A model generated the notes under the pieces. The model was not told the DNA's origin, made no database searches, and saw only the letters and a program-made list of their open reading frames with translations. The translations under genes and the position numbers were made by a program. 32,881 nucleotides of DNA from Octopus bimaculoides (Eukaryota): positions 135,887,901 through 135,920,781 of the forward strand of contig NC_068983.1 of the NCBI RefSeq assembly GCF_001194135.2. The letters run 5' to 3'. Shown here in pieces: positions 10,979 through 24,202 of the stretch; position 1 is the stretch's first letter, and each line of letters opens with the position of its first letter.

Positions 10979-12900
10979 TCATTTAGAAACAAGTGGGAAT
11001 TGGCAACAAGAAGAGCGTCCAGCCACAGAAAAACTCTGCTTCAACATATTTACGCTTAACTTATGCAAGCAGAAAAATGTACACATTAAAATGATCACAA
11101 TCAGAAATTTGGAGAAGTAGTCACAAATGAGCAGATAAGTTTTGCTGTCGATTTCAAATAGATCTGTTCCTAATTTTTTCCATGGTGCACTGATAATGTC
11201 ATGAGGTATCAGTGGTTCTTTGTTGTTGACAGTTGCATATTCTTGGCATATTTGATAGAATCTGCACATTTCTTCGATGTCTTTGTTGATGTTTGTCCAA
11301 CAGACGCCTTCAAGAGCATGAAGTTTGGTCTCTTCTATCCTTTGATAAGAGGCATGGAGCTGTACTAGAATGTCATGTTGTAGAGGAGATATCAACAGTT
11401 GTGTCCCTTTGAAGAGGATTCCACCATCTACAGCCAATTCATCTCGAAAAGACCTGTATGTCTTTATATCATCTGGGACTTGTTTGATGTTGTCTGGCCA
11501 CCCATAGGTGATTGTTTCCATCAGTGTAGCCAAAGTAGAATCTCTGCTGGTGAACTCGCGCAGTTGGTAATGTTTGTTGATGGAAAAATTGACAAGGTCA
11601 AACTCAGATTGGTGGACTTCTCCAGCAGTCAATTCGATCCCATCTACTCTCAAGTCCAGGTCAATGTCTTCATTGTCACCACGGCTTGGGAGGCAAGAGA
11701 GGGTGTTAGCTAATGTCATGGTAAACCCTGGGCAGTACTTGATTTTGAAATATCCCTGAATTTTCTGGAGCGTCCTTTGTAGTCAGGGTGGTGCTCGAAG
11801 AAGGGGTTTTTCTGTGATTACCTCCAGGGGTTTGTGGTCTGTGAATACTTCAAATGGAAGTCCATAATGGTATGTGTGGAAACAGGCGATTCCAAATACC
11901 ACAGCCAGCATTTCACGATCAATATTTGGGTAGTTTGACTGAGTTGCTTTTGATGCAAATGCCACAGGTTTGCCATCTTGTATGACAAGCTGCTCCAAGT
12001 CCTTTCAAAGAGCTGTCTTCCTTGAATCCTGTTGGTTTCTGTGGGTCAAAGAACCTGAGGTTTGATTTCTGTGAAATGGTAAATTTAAGTTTTCCAAAGC
12101 AGTGTATGTGGTCTTCAGACAGCTCAAATGGTATATTTTTCTTGAAGAGGTCCCTTAATGGTTGTGCTTCCATGCTGAAGTTTGGAATGAATGTTGCAAA
12201 GCAATTCATCATTCCCAAGAATTTTTGCAGCTCTTCCTTGTTTTCTGGAATAGGCATGTTTTAAATGTCACAAACTTTTGCAGGGTCGGCATAAATCTCA
12301 GAGATTTAGAAATGTATTATTTCTAAATTCTTCAATGATTTCGTCCATTCTAGCTTGAAAGATATCTTGAGATACCTTTAGACCAAATGGCAATCTAGTC
12401 CGACAATAATTTCTAAATGGAAGGTTGTGAGCAGCTGGCTTTCTTCATCCAGATGAACTGACCAGTATCCTGCTTTTGCATCTAGTTTGCTTACAATGCC
12501 AGAACCAGCAAACTGAGGGTTCAACTTTTCCACCATTGGGATTTTGTGGGAGCATCTTTTCAGTGCTTGATTAAGTTTTTATGAGTCGATGCAGATGCAA
12601 AGTGATTCTTCTCTTTTTTACGGAATATACCATGCTTGAACACCAATCTGTTTGTTGGTTCACAGGCTTGATGACCCCCATTTCTTCTATCTTCTGGAGA
12701 TCAATCTTGAGATTTTTCAGATGAACTGAGCATTTCTGAGGTAGGTTAATGAAGGGTTCCGAGCCTGCTTTTATGTATAGTTGTGCAGGTTCTTTGAAGT
12801 TACCCAGGCTGTTGAAAAGATTTGGGTATGTTTCTTTCAGGCCTTCGATCCATGACATGATCACAATGTATTGTGATTAATTTCATTACCTTACATGTTG
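10979..12900 (-). mobile_element. Decayed Ty3/Gypsy LTR retrotransposon pol (RT-RNase H-integrase), frameshifted and internally deleted
   Basis: RT (EMGVIKPVNQQTDWCSSMV; RLPFGLKVSQDIFQ), tether (EELQKFLGMMN), RNase H (KPVAFASK..NYPNIDREMLAVVFG..FTDHKPL), integrase zinc-finger-like and core start (PWKKLGTDLFEIDSKTYLLICDYFSKF). Domain order RT-RH-IN is Gypsy-type; there are multiple stops and frameshifts. Confidence 0.92.
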
Positions 12901-14169
12901 GTAATCCGAATTTTGATTCAATATATTTATCTTGTTTTACCACTTCCATCATATTGTGCCATACAAGCACTCCAATAACGCGATGCAGAGTGGTTGGTTG
13001 TCTATTCGACTGTCGTCCCCCCTAGCCTCCAAGCTGACCACCTTTTATCCACAACAGCGTATTTAACAATGTGAAATTAAGTACATTTAGTTTCATATCA
13101 TTACAACAGATACCACATAAAATTCTGAATGGAAGAGACTATAAAGGACAAGGGCTTAAATACTGTTTAAACAAGGATTTGTCACAGAAGAATTTTTTCT
13201 GTGTGTCAACACCATATTGTGGACAGAAGCAATAACTGTTTAAAAAACATTTTAAACAATATATTTTCCAAAACGTACACATATTTCAGACAATAATGAC
13301 AAAAACTTCACATAACATTTCAGAATATTACATAACAGGGAGTACTATTATTATCTCCCATCAAAGCCTCACAAAATACTTTTGTTAAAAAAATCACATC
13401 ATTTCAATAAAAAATAAGCCTGTAAACATAACATTAAAAATTTTTTAATTCAATATAAATGGACTATAAAAAAAAAAACACCTTTATAGAGCTACACATG
13501 CTCAGCTGTTTGGTAAACAACCTGCCTGCCATAGGTTTGTAGAATCAGACAGAGTTGACTAAGGGCTACAGAACAACATTCACAAACATTATCATACCTG
13601 ATAGGATGTCTAGAGAACAACAGCTCTGATATTATGACGAGCACTGTTTGGTTTATGGTCAAGATGATTTTTTTGATAACCAGATACACTTACTAGTTAG
13701 TAGGTTTCACAGGGTGATAGAATTAATTACAGCTATAAGGGGTTACTGCACTATAAAACTAATATTTATTGCCATAAAAAGAAGTGGACTATTGAGTTCA
13801 CAAAATGATAGACATGTGAGTTGACTTGCTCAATTTCAAATAAGGCTTCTCATTTATAAAGGAATATTCATTATATGTTGCATGTGATCTTAGTTTTTAT
13901 TCCTCAAGCCTTTTCTGAATTGCCATACTAAAACTAAGCTACAGTCTTGCCAGAATTCAATCCTACAGGATAGTACTGATCAATAACAATAGTTATTGAC
14001 AAGGTATAAGGTGAAATTTTGTTGGGGACAATTTCACAGAAGCAACTCCAATATATTTCTAGTACCTGTAATTTCACTAGGTAGAGAATTTGACCTCAGA
14101 GCATAAGGTATGTAAGGAAATAATGCAAAGCACAGAGCCCAATGCTCAACCATTTCTGCTTACTCCTGA

Positions 14170-14535
14170 ATAATAATAAAAAAAAAAAGTGGCTGTGTGG
14201 TAAGAAGCTTGCTTCCCAGCCACATGGTTCCAAGTTCAGACCCACTGTGTGGCACCTTGGGCAAGAGTCTTCTATAACTTCAAGCCAACCAAAGCCTTGG
14301 GAGTGGATTTGGTAAAATGGAAACTGAAAGAAACCCATCATGTGTGTGTCCACAATCACTTGACAACTGACGATGGCATCTTTACATCTCCGAAACTTAA
14401 TGGTTCGGCAAAAGAGACCTAGTATTTCTTTTTAAGTACTAGGGTTAAAAAGATTTTTCTGGAATCAATTTCTTCGACTAAAGGCAGTGCTCCAGCATGG
14501 CCACAGTCAAATGACTGAAACAAGTAAAAGAATAA
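14170..14535 (+). mobile_element. Near full-length CORE-like SINE
   Basis: GGCTGTGTGGTAAGAAGCTTGCTTCCCAGCCACATGGTTCC...GGCACCTTGGGCAAG...CCACAGTCAAATGACTGAAACAAGTAAAAGAATAAAAG; inverted relative at 32062-32470. Confidence 0.75.
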
Positions 14536-14827
14536 AAGAATACAAAGTCAATTTTGGTTGAATAAAGTTATTTGGTTGATTGAATAACCCCAGTATATTG
14601 CTAGATCTTGAAGAGAAGATAAAATTTAATCAGCTGGAATTTTAACACAGTATGGGGCACTAAACTGGATACCATAAAGCATCTAAACTAGAATGCTACA
14701 ATCTCAGTTATCTCCAACAATATTTCAAATTGGAAGAAATAATCCTGAAATGAAATTAAAACAAAATAAAGAAAACAATCACTGCTTAAACCTGGCCACC
14801 CAACATCATGAATTTCACAACCAAATC

Positions 14828-15000
14828 NNNNNNNNNNNNNNNNNNNNNNNNNNNNNNNNNNNNNNNNNNNNNNNNNNNNNNNNNNNNNNNNNNNNNNNNN
14901 NNNNNNNNNNNNNNNNNNNNNNNNNNNNNNNNNNNNNNNNNNNNNNNNNNNNNNNNNNNNNNNNNNNNNNNNNNNNNNNNNNNNNNNNNNNNNNNNNNNN
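14828..15000. other. Assembly gap (173 N)
   Basis: N run. Confidence 1.
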
Positions 15001-15179
15001 AGCTTTAACTACTGTCTGTCGAGATAGTTCAAGACTAGTGTTTTCAATACCAGACTGGTTGTTTTATAAAGCAGTAGGCTTTTTTCATGAACTTAACAAA
15101 TCAGAGGTGGTCATTTTCTCAAGTTATTTATTCGTACATAATCGTAAAAAGGAAAAGTCTGTTTTTACCTATTTATAGA

Positions 15180-15471
15180 GAACTTTAACTAGGCGCAGTA
15201 CAACACTGATCGAGCCGATAACAGTTACTGCTTCGAAGTTTTGTATTAGAGTTAATACCTGCCCATAGGGTATGGAGACGTTGAAACAGTTATAAAATGT
15301 TTTGTTTCACATTTAATATAAATGAGGCCTTCTCACAGGCCTCACTGAAAATGTAATCTGAAATAAATTTGTTTCTTTCATTAATGTTTTTACCCAGTAG
15401 AGTTAAGTGGGTCGCCATAAACTGGCGTCATAAATAGTGGGTCGTGTCTCTAAAAAGTTTGGGAACCACTG
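15180..15471. mobile_element. Probable hAT/Charlie-like DNA transposon end
   Basis: Ends in AAAGTTTGGGAACCACTG (reverse complement CAGTGGTTCCCAAACTTT), a Charlie-type terminal inverted repeat. The partner TIR was not found and may lie in the gap; the left boundary is approximate. Confidence 0.5.
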
Positions 15472-15578
15472 CCTTTGATCATAAGTTCAGTCAGGGTTGA
15501 CCAAGGGCTAAACAATAACTACCATACTAAATTTCAATATAATTAAAATCAATCTTTACAACTTAAATAGAACATTAC

Positions 15579-15672
15579 CTCATTCTGGTCATGCAGCCAT
15601 TGACCATCCACATAGAATTTGTATTGGTGTTCTCCCTCAGGAAGATTCAAAATTGTGAAGAAATCACCATTA
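15579..15672 (-). CDS. PRKAB1: AMPK beta exon, CBM core: NGDFFTILNLPEGEHQYKFYVDGQWLHDQNE
   Basis: TTTTTATAG acceptor, GAG|GTAATG donor; 94 nt, phase 2 to 0; LPEGEHQYKFxVDGQW motif of AMPK beta. Confidence 0.97.
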
Positions 15673-16869
15673 CTATAAAAACAGATTAAAAAGAGAGAAA
15701 AAAAACAAATAACATGAACAAAAAATATTAGATCAGAAAAAAAAAATCCCTGTTGTTGAACTAACCCCATATAATAAACTTACATAATGAGTTCAGTTAA
15801 CTTTAATCTTTATTTCTTTTTAAAGTTTATCAGCCATTTTCGATGGCTGGAATGAGTGAGATGATTTTTGGTTAAATCTAAGCAGCTGCATCTTAATGAA
15901 CTTAGAAGCTTCAGGTGATTAAAATATACAGCTTCATCAAGGTGTACAACTAAGAGCTATGGTAATGGTGGTATCTTTACTATTAATTCTTACATAGCCA
16001 CAATTCAGATTTAGAGTTAGGTCAAATCTACCATACATTTTCTAAAGATACTAATTCATTAAATGAAGAAGATCCAGTGAATTAAATATATACTGGAGTT
16101 ATGGTTTTATAAGTTACTGTTTAATCACAGTACCTACTTCAAACCAATATCAGAGACGCCAAGATAGCAGTACTAGCTACTATAAATACAAGATTTAGCA
16201 AAGAGCAAATACTGTAGCAGTGACAGGGGTTAAAGAGCATACAGATGAAAATGCAATCCTATCTCAGCTTAGCCTAATCTATAGAATGTAAATGCTCAAA
16301 TGCATGCACATGCACTGCAACAATACTTAGTGCGTCATACCAAATAAAAGAATGATCATTTCACCGACTCAGGGTGGCTGAGAACTAAATTAGATACTTT
16401 AAAGTACCAAGGAAATGTGAATTCAGGTCACACAGCCGAAGGTCAAAGTACTAACAATACACAAAAATTAAGAATAGCTAACCCTTATATACTGGTAGAG
16501 AACCAGTATTGTGATGAATGTATTTTGTGGAAAGCGAAAAGAGCTTGAAATGGCAATCAAAATCAGGTGTGGCCTTAGGTTACCAGAATAAGAAATGTCT
16601 TGAGGGTAGAAATTGTAGAGAAGGGAACACACCATTAGATCAAAGATTGTTTTCTTATATTATCAACCTCCAAGCAATGATAAGCAAGCTATTTTATCTA
16701 GCACTAATAATTCTACTACTCAGCACCTTCAATAAGAACAAATAAAAAATCCAGTGAAGGAGGAATATATTTGAAGATAAGTCACAGTTGTCAGTGTATC
16801 TTTGCCCATACTTAATATAACAATCAACAGTAATATTAGTAGCAATTCTCTATACATGCATTAATTTTA

Positions 16870-17110
16870 GCACAGAGTGTATGCTGCTTGTGTATACACT
16901 GCAATGTTGCATATGGATGATTTGCCAAGGCTACAAAGAAATGAGGCAAGCATGCTCTGCTAGCTTTATAAAGTTAGTATGCATAAAGACAAAATACAAA
17001 TGGACTGAGGAAATCAGATGTACTCCAAATAGGTGAAACCTGCAGAAAGAAACTGAGGACAACATGGGAAGAAGTGAAGAAAACAAACTTCACAAAACAT
17101 GCATCCATTG
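16870..17110 (+). mobile_element. Old, degraded RTE fragment
   Basis: Weak similarity to the 6730-7230 segment (GTGTATGCTGCTTGTGTA...GCAATGTTGCAT; AAACTGAGGACAACATGGGAAGAAGTG). Confidence 0.45.
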
Positions 17111-18974
17111 GAGATGTTTAATATTATACTTAAATCTTCATATAAACTGCTTTGATTAAATCTTTTACCAACAGCTGTCAATTCCGTTACTCTCTTCTAT
17201 CACCCTTTCACTTTGTACTCTCCCAATGCACTTGCTCCAGATTGCATCTGTTCAATCTCTACCTTTCTCTTTAATTAGGTTCTTTTCTATTATTGTTTCT
17301 TCTATCACACTCATTTCCTATTCAGTAATATGGAGGGCAAAAAAAAAATGAATAGAGATAATGCAAGAGAGGACGCTTTAGTTTTACCAGAATGAGACCT
17401 CTCTGATGCCAGTGAACAAACAGAAACAATGTAGGGTAGAGAGTACTCTAATCTTGCTTGGGACATGACAAACTTTAGTACTGGTGCTACTATAAAATAT
17501 ATAATGTACACCCTATAACATATTTGAAAATAAGAAATCTGGTCATAGAATCTAAGCTAAACATGAAATGCACTCAAACCACAATAACCTGTCCAAGCCA
17601 AGCTAGTATGGATAAACAGATGCAAAATGAGGGGGATTAGAGTAAAAGAGAATGTTTTGTTTCAAAAAGGAAGAAATTAATAGTGTTATTACCATATATA
17701 TTATAATCACTGTTTTAATACCCATTTTTCCGTGTTTGCACATTTCATATAGAATTTGTTAAGGCAAATTTTCTATGGCTTGACATCCTTCTTGTCGCCG
17801 ACCCTCACAATTCCAAGCAAAGTAATATTTCCCTATGGCTGATGAAAATGGATGACACTGCTTGTACGATGAGGCTTGCTTACAATTATTACACAATGTG
17901 AGAACACAAATACACACACACACATATATGCTGATCTTCTCTTGTATTATGTAGCCCCAGGAAGACCAAATCTGGTAAATGGATTTTGTGAATGAAGACT
18001 GAAATAAACCCATCAGATACATATATGCATATGTGCACATGTGTGTTTGTGTGATTGAGATTGTATTTCCTTCTTTTTCGGTGTTCACTAAACAGTGGCC
18101 TCCTTAACAATGTAGGACAGTGTAATTTACTTGCAGTCAACTGCAAAAGTGTGTCAAGGTTCTTAACATCTTCACATCAAGTTCAGGTTGCTTATTGTTC
18201 AAAAGACTAGGAAATTATCACTTCACTTGGAGACAGGTGAGAGTAGCATTAGGAAGGGTATCTAGCTGTAGAAAACTACTCCACATATGGAAAAGTAGAC
18301 ATTAAAATAACAATCCTGCATACACAAAATATTTGTTAATTTATAAAAAGTAGCCATGTTACAGACATAGAAAACAAATGGAAAAATTCTGCAAAAGAAC
18401 TATTATTATGAATAGAATCTGTAATAAAATGAATATCAACTTTATAAATCACAAATTCGTTTGTTTTTTTTTTAAACAAAATTAGGTTTTCTTTTTTTAT
18501 GACACTCTCCCTTTTGTTTTTCAATATAATCTATAAGAGGAGGATACAAAACTTTTTTTATATGTATCAATGTCCATAACTAGAAATAAGTCTTATTTGA
18601 TTTATAGTTTTTCTGGAGATTATATATATATATATATATAGTCATATGATGTATGTTTACATAAGAAGAGTAATTTTTTTTTAATATTTTACAGTACATG
18701 AGATTATTGTCATGCCTTCATTTCACTGTGACATATGAATCATCAAAAAAATCTAAAGAATTGCAGAATTTTATATAGATTTAATAAACCACTTAGTTTA
18801 ATTTGACAAAAGTATTCATTTCATATTTTTTATTCCAAACTTGCCTTCTTAATAAAACATCAATATTTTACAAGATGTTGCTTTACCTTGAGAAGTTATA
18901 AGAAAAATTTCTTAGAAAACACAACTGACTGGATAAGGTTATTTTTCTCCCTTGTTCATTTATTTCACCTACAT

Positions 18975-19985
18975 TTTCCATATCTTTGTATCTTTTTACA
19001 TGCCACAGGCACAAGGGCTGGTCAGGCAGTACTGGCATTGGCCATGCTTAAATGGTGCATTTTATGTGCCACCGGTATGGGAGCCAGTCAGGCAGCACTG
19101 GCAACAACAAGCTTGAATTGTGCTTTTTACGTGCCAATCAGGTGGTACTGTCATTGACCACGATGATGACTTCACTTGCCTCAACAGGTCTTCGCAAGCG
19201 CAGTTTATTGCCCAATCATTGAAGGGTACTCTCAAATGGGCTGGTTATGCTGCACTGGCATAGGCCACAGTTACAGCCTCACTTGGCTTGCTGGGTCTTC
19301 TGAAGCACAGCATATCTCCCAAGGTCTCTGGCACTTGTCATTGCCTCTGTGAGGCCCAACATTCAAAGGTCATGCTTCAACACATCATCCCAGGTTTTCC
19401 TGGGTCTACCTCTTCCACAGGTTCCCTCTACTGCTAGGGTGTGACACTTTTTCACAGCTGTCCTCATCCATATGCAACACATGACCATACCAGTGCAGTT
19501 GTCTCTCTTGCACATCACATGTGATGCTTCTTATGTCCAACTTTTCTCTCAGGGCACTTACACTCTATCCTGTATGCACACTTACAATACACATCCACCA
19601 GAGCATACTAGCTTCATTCCTTGCAAGCTTACGCATGTCCTCACCAGTCACAGCCCATGCTTCACTACAATGTAGTAAGGCTGTTCATACACATGCGTCA
19701 TACAGTCTACCTTTTACTCTGAGTGAGAGGCCCTTTGTCATCAGCAGAGGTAGAAGCCCTCTGAACTTTGCCCAGGCTATTCTTATTCTAGAAGCTATGC
19801 TCTCAGAGCAACCACCCCTGCTAATGACTTGGTTGCCTAGGTAACAGAAACTATCAACTACTTCTAGTTTTTTCCCCCTGGAACATAACGGAAGATGTTT
19901 TCTGCACATTTTCATTGTTTATTGCCTCTGAGCATTTACCACACACAAAAACTATCTTCCCAGTTAGCCTTCCTTTGATATTGCT
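18975..19985 (-). mobile_element. 5'-truncated RTE LINE (ORF2 C-terminus + part of 3' UTR)
   Basis: KLEVVDSFCYLGNQVISRGGCSESIASRIRIAWAKFRGLLPLLMTKGLSLRVKGRLYDACV; homologous to 6730-7230 in inverted orientation. Confidence 0.9.
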
Positions 19986-21965
19986 GCACCTCTTATGTGT
20001 CTATTGCTTACACCAGGTACATCTTATGGAGTTTCTACCTATGCCTTTTCTACAGATCGAGCAGGGCCATCTACTTGAAGGGATTTATGGTTTGTCTGCC
20101 TTCCTGATCTTTGGTGGACCCCTACCCGGAATTCTTCAATGTACTTGTTGCCAAAGATGTATTATCTAATTTTGAAAACATCACTATAAATGTCAACAGA
20201 CAAAAAAGTGCACCAACTTTTTCAGTGACTTGGAAATATTCTTGCTGAGGAGGTAGGAGTTAAATAATCAATAAAAATATGCCTCAGAAACTGGTAAGTA
20301 TAGTTTGCATTTAAAGTAAAATATATTTCAGTAAAAAGAAATCAAATCTATACAATCTACCCAATTTGATCCCCTTTAAACAGAAAACAAAACTGACTTT
20401 TAAGAATAAAATGTGTAACAAAAATAGCAAAAAATAAATTTCATTCATATTATGCATTGTCAACTTCTTTCTCTGTTCAAATTGTAGAAACAAGACAACA
20501 AAGATTTTCAAGAAGTGATGTATTTAATATATGTAAATTATGTATGTAGCTCTTGTAATCTGAAGAATTATATTCAAGAAAAGACCAAGATTATTTCTGA
20601 ATAAGTTACAGAAAGCATTAATAAATAAAAAAAATAAATAAATGATAAAGAAGACACATAAGAGAAGGCTCATGAAAATTATTCTGGAAGGGGATTATTT
20701 TTATATATATGAAAGAAAAAACATTACAAGTAAATTAACATTAACTTTAATGGAATAAAAACGTCATCAAAGAACTGAAACTGTAACTTAAACAAGTTAG
20801 AACTTCAAAAGAAATGGAATACATCAGACAGAATTGTGTATCTTGAATTGTTCAGTTAATGTTACTCAATTAATCTCTAATGTAGATAAAGCCCTCGAGT
20901 TACAAATCCTTTTCCCATCTTGTTCCTCCCTCTCCCCTACAAATCTGGAGCATGTGAGCCACATCGAAAGAAAACAAAATTTGTTTATCTGACATATGTA
21001 CTATAAAAGAAAAGTAAATTGCTCGACTTTCTGAAATCAGGGATATATCTATCAATAGACAATTTTATTGACTTTGAGGAAAAGGGGAAAATATATGAAG
21101 GGAAAAAGCCACAACCAGGAAGCAAAACTTGGTCACACACAACTTAAAAGTATGCTTACCTTCTGCTGTATACAACTTACTAGCAGTTTAAAGTTTTGAA
21201 AGTTGTAGTTTAGGATGCAATTATACAAAACTCATTTTGTCATTTAGCAGTTTTTCCTTTTTTTTTTTTTTTTCATCTTTTTGGTAGGAGAAGTTAAAGA
21301 AAACCTATACTACCATGAAACTTAAAACTTAAGGAATTTGAATTTCAAGGTCATTATTTGTAGGTCAAGCTAATAATGATTAGAATTAGTAAAGGTGAAA
21401 TTTAGTTGGTTAGAAGCTTTAAGCAGTGACTTTTGAGCAGTCACCATTCATAGAAATTAAAATAAAAGTTTTAAACATTAAGCTAAAAGCATTTTCTTAA
21501 AAGCAATTTATCCATGCAACTCAGATTTAGTTGGAAAGCAAGCCAATCTGCACATTGTGTGCATTTATATTTAATACTTGCTGATTATAATTGAATTTAT
21601 ATAAGTATATCTATGTTCATTTGTTTTTACAGCCGTTTTTTCTATGCTAGCATAGATTAGATAAATAGATATTGTTGAAGCATTGTTTTTTTTTCTTTTT
21701 TACAGCCAGATGCTCTTCCTGCTACTACCTCTTCAAAAACACAGAGCTAATGAGTGACTTGTTGACAAAGAAATGGCAACCATAGCACAATGTTTGTGAA
21801 ATTCATTTCATAGTCACTGAGTTGCAGTTAGTATTCTCCATTGTGAGATTATATATTAATTCCAGGTAATATGATGATGTAAAATAATAGGTACACATCA
21901 TAGTGGTCAAATCAGTTTCATGCTTAAACTCAAACACTTTAAAAGCAACTTAAAATATCAGGATG

Positions 21966-22310
21966 CATCATCATCATTATTTAACATCTGCTTTCCATGC
22001 TGGCATGGGTTGGACGGATTGACTGAAACTGGTCAGCTGGAGGGCTACACCAGGTTCTAATCTGATTTGGCATGGTTTCTACGGCTGGATGCCCTTCCTA
22101 ACGCTAACCACTCCAAGAGTATAATGGGTGCTTTTTATGTGCCAAAACTACGATTTCACTTTGCTTGATGGGTTTTCTCAAGCACGACATCTCACCAAAG
22201 GTTTCGATCATTTATTGTCTCCATGAGGCCCAATGTCCGAAAAGTGCTTTTTATGTGCCACTGGCATGGGTGCCAATTACATGGCACCAGAATTGCCTCT
22301 GTGAGGCCCA
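21966..22310 (-). mobile_element. RTE-type LINE 3' UTR/tail
   Basis: (CAT)n + TTTAACATCTGCTTTCCATGCTGGCATGGGTTGGAC. Confidence 0.78.
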
Positions 22311-22929
22311 GGCATTATATCAATCAAGGTGGTACATATATAATAGAATAAAAAGATAGAAGGCAAACAGGTATCAGTTCAGATTAAGACATATTTATAC
22401 AACAAAAAGGGAGAAACAAATGCCTCAAAAGTTTAAATGTCAAAAGATCAGTAAAAGTTCCATTCAGTAATGTTCACAGTGATTGTGACATACTGGTATA
22501 CTTCTAGAATAGTTATATTCATCTCCTGAGTCCCAATGCACTTTCTCTCTGCAAATGGAATAGAGCACCACTAAAATACTGGTTGCAGAAAGCTTGCAGA
22601 GAACTAAACCAAATTACATAACTATTCTTGAAACAGCTGTAAGGACAATTTGCACACCTCACTACCTCTCGTTCATTTTTAAGGTTTTATCTGTTTTGAT
22701 CTGCCTTTACCTATTGTGCAATATCAATACTACAGCCTTATCTTATAATTATTCTGGAAGTATACCAGCAAAGGTCACAACCATTGTGAACATTCCTGGG
22801 TAGAACTTTTACTGACCTCTTGTGATTTAAACTCCTTAAAGCATACTTTTCTCCCTGTGTTATACAAATATACAAATGTCATAACATGAACTGATACCTG
22901 TTGTTTACCTGTCTATCATTTTATTCTAT

Positions 22930-22949
22930 TACACATACATACACACACA

Positions 22950-22989
<40 letters not shown>

Positions 22990-23135
22990 AGGCACAGATA
23001 TGATTATCAGTCCACTTCAAAACCAGAGTTTCAGGTTCCATCACACTGCATAGCATAACAGAATTCTTTGCTAATAACCAAAGCCTTGCAAGTGAAATAT
23101 GACAAATGGAAACTGTATAAAAGCTTTTCATGTGT
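22930..23135 (-). mobile_element. Degraded CORE-like SINE with (CA)n
   Basis: CA microsatellite, GGTTCCATCACACTGCATAGCA...AAAGCCTTGCAAGTG...GGAAACTG. Orientation is uncertain. Confidence 0.4.
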
Positions 23136-23539
23136 GTATGCTTGTTATGTTGCACCAACATGGGTGCTTCTAACATGGCACCAGCATTGGAGATTTTATG
23201 CGGCACCAGCACTCATAAGCCTGCAAGACCAGGACCTCTAGACTAACAGAGGGACATGATTGTATGTATAGATGGCCATGTTCTAAGCATGCACAGCAAA
23301 TCACCAGATACCTCAGTCCTTATATATAAATAAAATCATTTTTTTTTCTGTGCTTGTATAGGTCAAATGGACTGAATGATTAATCAAACAATCGATTAGT
23401 GAACTGGTAAAATAGCTAATTGACATTAAAAAAAAATGAAATAGAACCATTTTGTGTGTTATTGACATAATGACCTTCCCAAGATATGACAAAACACACA
23501 AGTCCACATCAAGAATCTTGCAAACCAAATACAAAAACT

Positions 23540-23720
23540 GTACCACACACACAGTGGGCTTCTTTCAGTTTCTGTCTACCAAATCCACTCTCCAGGCTTT
23601 GGTTAACCCAAGGCTATAAGAAAAGACATTTACCCATGACGCCATGCAGTAAGTCTGAACCCTAAACCACATGATTAGGAAAAGAACTTCTCGACCACAC
23701 AGATATGTCTGCACCTGTAT
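23540..23720 (-). mobile_element. CORE-like SINE
   Basis: GGGCTTCTTTCAGTTTC...CCAAATCCACTC...AGGCTTTGGT, the reverse complement of the SINE body. Confidence 0.65.
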
Positions 23721-24202
23721 ATATTGTGGATACTGAAAAATTCAATGTCATGCTGTAGTTTTGTCCCTGACAGGGAAACTAGGAATTTCGTAATGCCTAT
23801 AATAAAACACTACTCTACAAATGTATTGAGTACTCTGTCTTCATGGATGCAGTACCTAGTACAGTGTGTGTATAATAGTTTTGAGAATGTACAAAAGTCT
23901 AATTCATTTTGATAGCAATTACTAAGCTAACACTATAGTAGGATCAGTTTCATATAGATGCAAACAAGAGTGATGAAAGTTACCACAATGTTAAAGCAAT
24001 GGAAAAACAGATTTATTAATTTCTTTTATTCCATTTCGGGATTAAGATTTAATAAAGCCAAACTATTGAATAAATCTGTTTTTTCAATTTCTTCACTATT
24101 GTAGCCAAGTTCATTTGTTTCTTTTTTTACCTTTGTTACTACAAAATCTTACCAGTTTTAGCAGTTAGGGAGAGAGATTTTTTAAAAAATTGTTAAATTT
24201 AC

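Noticed and set aside
12950-13067. Possible Gypsy 5' LTR starting TGTTAA on the minus strand
   Set aside because: No matching 3' LTR, CA end or clear primer-binding site was found.
14693-15178. 161-aa and 66-aa ORFs
   Set aside because: Artefacts of the 173-N gap.
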